A stretch of DNA of 50,590 nt from an uncultured bacterium. GTDB lineage: Bacteria; B130-G9. A program made the translations under genes and the position numbers. The notes beneath the pieces were generated by a model. It was given only the letters and a program-made list of their open reading frames with translations. It searched no databases and was not told the DNA's origin. Below, one piece after another: positions 45,013 to 50,590 of this stretch. Numbering within the stretch: position 1 is the stretch's first letter; the number at the start of each line of letters is the position of its first letter. The stretch covers positions 1 through 50,590 of the forward strand of contig CBDVDH010000025.1 of the NCBI GenBank assembly GCA_965372715.1, written 5' to 3'.

Positions 45013-47823
45013 GTGATACCAATACTGATGACTACTCTCATGGCTGAGGCGAGCTCTGTCCAACTCGATGAGGTTCTAAACGCCGTCTTGGGCACTGTCG
45101 AGAAGCCGGGGCGATACTGCGGAGGGGAGCGCAACGCAGTCAAAAAGGATCTTTCCAAGGTCGCTCTGAAAGTTGCGCTCGCATTCCCTGATACCTACGA
45201 AATCGGGATGTCGCACCTGGGTCTCAAGATACTGTATGAGGTTTTGAACTCCAGAGAGCAGTCGGTCGCAGAGCGGGTTTTCTTGCCCTGGAAGGACTTC
45301 GCGAGCGTCCTTCGCCGCCGTAGAATCCCCCTCTTCAGCCTCGAAAGCAAGCTGCCGCTTTCAGAGTTTGACGTCGTTGGCTTCTCGCTCCAGCACGAGC
45401 TCTGTTACACCAATGTGCTTGAGATGCTCGACCTTTCTGGGATACCCATTCGGGCTTGCGACCGTGGGGATAACATGCCGTTTGTGATCGGCGGCGGGCC
45501 GTGCACGTTCAACCCGGAGCCCATGTGGGAGTTTTTCGACTTCTTCGTGCTTGGCGACGGTGAAGAAGTTGTGGGGGAACTTGCCGCCGTTCTGGAGGAC
45601 CAGAAGGCTAAAGGCTGGGACCGGAAAGAGGCAATCTCCCGCGTGAGAGAGCTCAAAGGCGTTTACGTCCCGACGGACTACGAGTTCGAGTATTCGGGAG
45701 GCTACGTCTCGAAGGTCATCCACGAAAGCGAGGTATATGACGACCCTTTCGCGGCGCCGAGGGTCGAACGAGCGCTCGTTGAGGACCTGGAGAGTGCTCC
45801 CTTTCCTGAGAGACTCGTGGTTCCCAACATCTCGATCGTGCATGATCGAGCCACAGTCGAGATAATGCGGGGTTGCCCCCGCGGCTGCCGCTTTTGCCAG
45901 GCGGGATATATATGTCGTCCGTCGAGGGAGCGCAGCTTCGCGAAGGTTGTGGGTCTGGCAGATTCGGCCATCACCAATACCGGCTTCGACGAGCTTTCCT
46001 TTCTGTCGTTGTCCTCGGGCGACTACTCGGCCATCGAGCCGCTCATTCGACGCTGCGTCTTGGGGTTTGCGGGCGGCAAGGTGGCGGTTTCATTACCGTC
46101 GCTGAGGGTCGAGACCATGACGCAGCCGATTGTTGACGGCATCAAACGTATCAAGAAAACAGGTTTCACGCTTGCGCCCGAGGCCGCAACCGACCGCTTG
46201 CGACGGGTTATTAACAAACCGGCAGCTAATGAGACGGTTCTGGAATCTGCCGGGCGCGCATTTGCCGCGGGCTGGAAGCGGATCAAGCTCTACTTCATGA
46301 TTGGCCTTCCCACCGAGACCGAAGAGGACATCGAGGCGATGGCCAAACTGGTGAGGCAGCTCTCAAGCGTCGCGAGGCGAGAGGGACGCGGAGGGTGCAG
46401 GATCGCCGTAAGCATTTCAACGTTCATCCCCAAGCCTCATACGGCGCTTCAATGGGCGCCGCAGGCGCCGCTGGAGGACATCATCTCGAAGCTCTCGCGC
46501 CTGCGCCGCTCGATCAGTTGCCGCAACGTTGAACTCAAATGGCATAACGCCGATATGAGCCTCCTCGAGGGGGTCCTGTGTCGCGGGGATAGACGGCTTT
46601 CTGCGGTAATCGAGCGAGCCTGGCGAAACGGCTGCGTCCTGGACAACTGGACTGAGCAGTTCGATTTCAGCAAATGGATGGCGGCGTTTGAAGAGTGCAA
46701 CGTTGTCTATCAAGACTACCTCGCGCCTCGGGACGCGCGGCGTTTTCTCCCCTGGGAGCACATCGCATCCGGCGTTTCAAGGGCGTTCCTGCTGCGAGAA
46801 AAGGATGCGGCAAGCGCGGAGAAGCTGACGCCGGATTGCGTTTCGTCGGGCCAGTGCCAGTCGTGCGGCGCGTGCGGTGAGCCGGCTTCATATCTCGAGG
46901 CAATGATGGCGATGCGGAAAGCCGCGGACCAACACAAGGGTGCCTCGACGGCTGGTGCGGCCCGGGTCAGCGAGTCTTCTGGCCGTGCGACTCCGAGACA
47001 GATAGTCTTTCCGCTCAGATGCAAATATGAGCGTTTGGGGCCGGCGAGGTTCATCTCGCATCTTGACATTCTGACCGCGCTGGGACGGGCCGCCAGACAA
47101 TCCGGGCTCCCAGTCGAATACAGTAAGGGCTTCAATCCTCAGCCGCGGATTTCGGCCGGTCTGCCGCTGCCAGTTGGCCAGTCCTCGCTCGCCGAATACA
47201 TTGATATAAGGGTTTCGAGACCGCTCGCGCCAAGCAAGCTGATCGAATCGATGAATAGCTGCGTGATGCAGGGGGTGCGCTTTATAGCGGCTTCGCATCT
47301 CTTCAAGAAATCGCTTTCGCTGTCTGCGCTCGTTTCGGAGGTGGATTACTCGGTGCTCATCGACCTTGAGCGGCTGTCTGAGGTCGCCGGGGCCGAGAAC
47401 CTGCCCTGGCTTAACGACGAGGGTTTTCACGCGGACAAGATTGAACAGATACTCGCGCAGAAATCGATCGTAGTCTCAAAAGCGACCCCAAAGAGAAGGG
47501 TCGAGCTGGACCTTCGGGCGTTCATCGGCGCATTGAGTCTTACAGGTATCGAGAGCGGCAAAGCGCTGTTGAGAATGACGCTAAGCGTGGACCAGGATGG
47601 CCGGACAGCGCGGCCCTCAATGGTTCTTTCGGAGCTCTATGGCACGAAAGAGGGCATCTTGTATTTCGCGGACATAACCCGGCTCGAGCAGTATTGCTGG
47701 CGAAGAGGCGCGAGGAGGTCCTTGCTTGAGCTCGCCAAAGGCGCAGTCTCGCCGACCGGCGGAGTTGGGGCGCCCACGACAGTTATGAGAAAACGGCCGA
47801 ACAAGGTGTGGAAGGAGCCATAG
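45013..47823 (+). CDS. TIGR03960-type radical SAM protein fused to a TIGR03936/DUF2344 domain; start may be ATG 45040
   Basis: KPGRYCGGE, FPDTYEIGMSHLG, RGCPRGCRFC, YFMIGLPTE; C-terminal FISHLD...YSKGFNPQP. Confidence 0.9.
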   Translation: MIPILMTTLMAEASSVQLDEVLNAVLGTVEKPGRYCGGERNAVKKDLSKVALKVALAFPDTYEIGMSHLGLKILYEVLNSREQSVAERVFLPWKDFASVLRRRRIPLFSLESKLPLSEFDVVGFSLQHELCYTNVLEMLDLSGIPIRACDRGDNMPFVIGGGPCTFNPEPMWEFFDFFVLGDGEEVVGELAAVLEDQKAKGWDRKEAISRVRELKGVYVPTDYEFEYSGGYVSKVIHESEVYDDPFAAPRVERALVEDLESAPFPERLVVPNISIVHDRATVEIMRGCPRGCRFCQAGYICRPSRERSFAKVVGLADSAITNTGFDELSFLSLSSGDYSAIEPLIRRCVLGFAGGKVAVSLPSLRVETMTQPIVDGIKRIKKTGFTLAPEAATDRLRRVINKPAANETVLESAGRAFAAGWKRIKLYFMIGLPTETEEDIEAMAKLVRQLSSVARREGRGGCRIAVSISTFIPKPHTALQWAPQAPLEDIISKLSRLRRSISCRNVELKWHNADMSLLEGVLCRGDRRLSAVIERAWRNGCVLDNWTEQFDFSKWMAAFEECNVVYQDYLAPRDARRFLPWEHIASGVSRAFLLREKDAASAEKLTPDCVSSGQCQSCGACGEPASYLEAMMAMRKAADQHKGASTAGAARVSESSGRATPRQIVFPLRCKYERLGPARFISHLDILTALGRAARQSGLPVEYSKGFNPQPRISAGLPLPVGQSSLAEYIDIRVSRPLAPSKLIESMNSCVMQGVRFIAASHLFKKSLSLSALVSEVDYSVLIDLERLSEVAGAENLPWLNDEGFHADKIEQILAQKSIVVSKATPKRRVELDLRAFIGALSLTGIESGKALLRMTLSVDQDGRTARPSMVLSELYGTKEGILYFADITRLEQYCWRRGARRSLLELAKGAVSPTGGVGAPTTVMRKRPNKVWKEP
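47729..47763 (+). repeat. 35-bp intragenic repeat, copy 2
   Basis: agctcgccaaaggcgcagtctcgccgaccggcgga. Confidence 0.85.
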
Positions 47824-47827
47824 CGGG

Positions 47828-48607
47828 GTGTTCGGGGGCGATTACATTTTATCCGATTTTCAATCTGACTTGAGCCCCGACGAGCTACGGCAGGCTGCGT
47901 CTCGGTCGATCGTCGTCATTCCCACTTACAACGAGCGAGAGAATCTTTCACTGATTATTCCACACCTGTTCAAGCTGTATCCTACGATAAACACCTTGGT
48001 GGTGGATGACAACTCACCGGACGGAACGGGCGAGCTCGCTGACGAACTCTCTTTGTCGCACGACGGGCTTTCGGTCATACATCGCGAAAGGAAAATGGGA
48101 CTCGGAACCGCCTACATTACCGGCTTCAAATACGCGATTGAAAGAGGTTTTTCATACGTCATTCAGATGGACGCCGACCTGTCGCACGCTCCCGAATACC
48201 TGGCGGTGTTCCTCGACAAAATCCGCGAGTGCGATTTCATCTTGGGGTCCCGCTATCTTGAGGGCATAAATGTCATCCATTGGGACCTTTGGCGAGTTCT
48301 GTTGAGCCTCAGTGCGAGTCTGTATTGCCGCATCGTCGGTGGACTCGAGGTGACCGACGCGACCGGCGGGTTCAAGTGCTGGCGTCGCGAGGTCCTGGAA
48401 TCGATCAACCTCGCGGCCGTACACTCGACCGGCTACTCATTCCAGATTGAGATGACACATAGGGCGCGAAAGGCCGGGTTCAGGCCGTGTGAGGTGCCGA
48501 TAGTTTTTGTCGGTCGTTACCATGGGACCACAAAGATGTCCAAGCGCATAGTTTGGGAGGCAATCTGGATGGTCTGGCGCCTGCGCCTCGGCCTATACAA
48601 GCGATGA
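47828..48607 (+). CDS. Polyprenol-phosphate mannose synthase (DPM1-like GT2)
   Basis: IPTYNEREN, VDDNSPDGT, GLGTAY, QMDADLSH, GSRY, DATGGFKC, GYSFQIEM. Confidence 0.92.
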   Translation: MFGGDYILSDFQSDLSPDELRQAASRSIVVIPTYNERENLSLIIPHLFKLYPTINTLVVDDNSPDGTGELADELSLSHDGLSVIHRERKMGLGTAYITGFKYAIERGFSYVIQMDADLSHAPEYLAVFLDKIRECDFILGSRYLEGINVIHWDLWRVLLSLSASLYCRIVGGLEVTDATGGFKCWRREVLESINLAAVHSTGYSFQIEMTHRARKAGFRPCEVPIVFVGRYHGTTKMSKRIVWEAIWMVWRLRLGLYKR

Positions 48608-48638
48608 TTGCCTCGCCTACCAGCAACTGGAGCAGTAG

Positions 48639-50177
48639 GTGGTAGAAAACGGCGCCAAAAGCCAGCTCGGACCGAAGATGTGGGAATGCCTCGCCTGCGG
48701 GACAAGGAATGCGGCTCAGGACCGGTCCTGCCGCACATGCGGCGCGCCCGCGATCATCCCTCTGGAGCCGATTCAGACGCTTGATCCTGAGGAGCTGCTT
48801 GCTCAATTCGGGCCCTCCGGAAGCCGTCTGATTGCTAAGCGCTACCGACTCGTCACAATGATCGGCAGTGGTTCGACAGGCTCGGTCTTCAAGGCCGTGG
48901 ATGTGAATCTGGACCGCGTGGTTGCGATCAAGGTTCTCGGGGCGACGTCGGCTGACGGGATGGATGTCAACACTCGGTTCCTGCGGTTGCAGACCGAGGG
49001 CCAGATTCTGGGCCGGTTGAGGCATCGAGGCCTCGTAACAGTCTTTGACATGGGAAGTGAGGAGGGCGTGCTTTTTATCGTGATGGAATTCGTCAGAGGC
49101 CGGCCGCTCAAGTCCTTTCTCGCTCCTGGCCGACCCATTCCGGTCCAGGACGCGGTAGCGATAATGATACAGGTGTGTGACGCGCTGCATCACGTGCACA
49201 AACACGGGGCGGTGCATAGGGACCTAAAGCCATCCAACATCATGCTGCTTGAGGGCGATATGGTCAAGATCACGGATTTCGGACTGGCCAAAGCAGCTTT
49301 TGGTTCCAAAGTTATCGAGGCCGGGCTGGCTGTCGGCACCCCATACTACATGTCGCCGGAGCAGCTTCAGGCAAGGGATGTGGACCAAAGAGGCGACATC
49401 TTCTCTGCCGGTATAGTGCTGTATGAGATGGTTACAGGATGGAAGCCCTTCGACGGCGAGGACCTATACACGGTAGTGGGAGCCATTCTCTCGGGCCAGT
49501 TCGTCAAGCCAAGACACCGGAACATCCTAGTGCCACCCGAGATCGAAGCGACAATCGAAAAAGCTCTCACAAAGAACCGCGACCTGCGCTACTTCTCAAT
49601 GGACGAGTTCGGACGTGATCTGAGAACCTGGCAGAGTTTGCGGGAGTTTGCCTTGACCGATGAGGCTGAACTCTCGTTCAAGGAACCCGTCCGGAAGCTG
49701 AAACGGCCCTACAAGCGGCGCACCTCGCGAAGAAGACGCGATGTGATCTTCTGGCTTGCAGTAGCGGCATTTCTCGTTTCGGCCTCGCTTCTTGTCGCCC
49801 ACCTCAATTCCGATGAATACGCGCTTGAAAAGGCTGCAACGACAATCCTCGAGGACTTCGATATGCATCGCTTCGATCGCGTCTATGAGAGCCTGTCGGA
49901 CGACTGCAAGTGGCGGTACAGCGTCAAGGATTTCATCGATTTACCTTATCTCGGCTTTCTGAAGACCAGGTCTCCCGAAGAGATGATCTGCACGGTCGAT
50001 GAGATTGTCTTTCTCAAGAAGGGAATGGTGGCCAATGTTGTCGTGTCAGTTCGATACGCTGATGCGATTACGGCCCAGCGCTACACCATGCGCTGGGTGA
50101 AAGAGGACGGCAAATGGCGATTTCGAAACCCTGATTATGACGATTTCAGGAAGATGTTCGCGGGTTCGACGGGATGA
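48639..50177 (+). CDS. Hanks-type Ser/Thr kinase with N-terminal RanBP2-like zinc finger, TM and extracytoplasmic domain
   Basis: WECLACGTRN...CRTCGAP; VAIK, HRDLKPSN, DFG, GTPYYMSPEQ; TM VIFWLAVAAFLVSASLLVA. Confidence 0.92.
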   Translation: MVENGAKSQLGPKMWECLACGTRNAAQDRSCRTCGAPAIIPLEPIQTLDPEELLAQFGPSGSRLIAKRYRLVTMIGSGSTGSVFKAVDVNLDRVVAIKVLGATSADGMDVNTRFLRLQTEGQILGRLRHRGLVTVFDMGSEEGVLFIVMEFVRGRPLKSFLAPGRPIPVQDAVAIMIQVCDALHHVHKHGAVHRDLKPSNIMLLEGDMVKITDFGLAKAAFGSKVIEAGLAVGTPYYMSPEQLQARDVDQRGDIFSAGIVLYEMVTGWKPFDGEDLYTVVGAILSGQFVKPRHRNILVPPEIEATIEKALTKNRDLRYFSMDEFGRDLRTWQSLREFALTDEAELSFKEPVRKLKRPYKRRTSRRRRDVIFWLAVAAFLVSASLLVAHLNSDEYALEKAATTILEDFDMHRFDRVYESLSDDCKWRYSVKDFIDLPYLGFLKTRSPEEMICTVDEIVFLKKGMVANVVVSVRYADAITAQRYTMRWVKEDGKWRFRNPDYDDFRKMFAGSTG

Positions 50178-50503
50178 AGGGGGACAAATCATGGACCACA
50201 AGAGATGACGAAAGCGGCGTGTTGATCAGGCTGCGCGCCCAACCCGGCGCCTCCCGGAACCAGATCACCACGGGGCCCGACGGAACGCTCAAGATCAGGA
50301 TTACAGCGGCCGCTGTGGGAGGCGCGGCAAACCGCGCACTCATCAAGCTCTTGTCCAAAGCGTTATCAGTTCCGAAGTCCTCGATAACGATCCGGTCTGG
50401 GGAAACTTCGAGAGATAAAGTAGTCCTTGTCGAAGGCCTATCGACAGATGAGGTTGATCGTTGCTTAGTCGGAAGTCCAGGGTCGGAAGGGGAAAGTCAG
50501 TAG
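50174..50503 (+). CDS. DUF167/YggU family protein
   Basis: RAQPGASRNQI, LKIRITAAAVGGAAN, SGETSRDK. Confidence 0.9.
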   Translation: MKGDKSWTTRDDESGVLIRLRAQPGASRNQITTGPDGTLKIRITAAAVGGAANRALIKLLSKALSVPKSSITIRSGETSRDKVVLVEGLSTDEVDRCLVGSPGSEGESQ

Positions 50504-50520
50504 TGGGGGGGTCAGGTTCT

Positions 50521-50590
50521 GTAGGGGCGGTGCTTGCCCCGCCCTTCGGACGTTCGATCACATCAGAGAAGGGCGGGGCAAGCACCGCCC
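50521..50590. repeat. GTAG-type REP doublet, copy 3 (cut by the window end)
   Basis: gtaggggcggtgcttgccccgccctt-cggacgttcgatcacatcagag-aagggcggggcaagcaccgccc. Confidence 0.85.

Noticed and set aside
1-50590. tRNA, rRNA, transposase, integrase or prophage genes
   Set aside because: None recognised by eye; a covariance-model and HMM scan would be needed to exclude divergent cases.

Overview
Chromosomal segment of a GC-rich (about 60%) diderm bacterium (LPS heptosyltransferase waaF present; rnfC and B12 radical SAM genes suggest an anaerobe). It is mostly housekeeping and envelope genes: galU, M42 peptidase, three GT-C membrane glycosyltransferases, GT2s, apbE, purB, pyrF, waaF, rnfC, transaldolase, two radical SAM enzymes and a Ser/Thr kinase. 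Several REP-like and MITE-like palindrome families are scattered through it. I saw no rRNA, tRNA, CRISPR array, integrase or transposase. Best candidates for undescribed biology: (1) a low-GC, translationally coupled GTPase + 3-TM protein pair (36466-37776) converging on an array of three paralogous membrane proteins, two of which share a conserved ...EKPPWES tail and a 7-7-7 palindrome over the stop codon; (2) a sigma54 promoter with four identical TGT-N10-ACA palindromes upstream of a 91-aa unknown protein; (3) an adenylating ligase fused to a degenerate chorismate-mutase domain; (4) two ExbD/TolR-like coiled-coil proteins plus a HEAT-repeat lipoprotein with no channel partner in the window; (5) a 35-bp repeat read as the same peptide in two unrelated genes; (6) an uncalled 57-aa basic protein. 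All family calls come from motif recognition by eye; no database searches were run.
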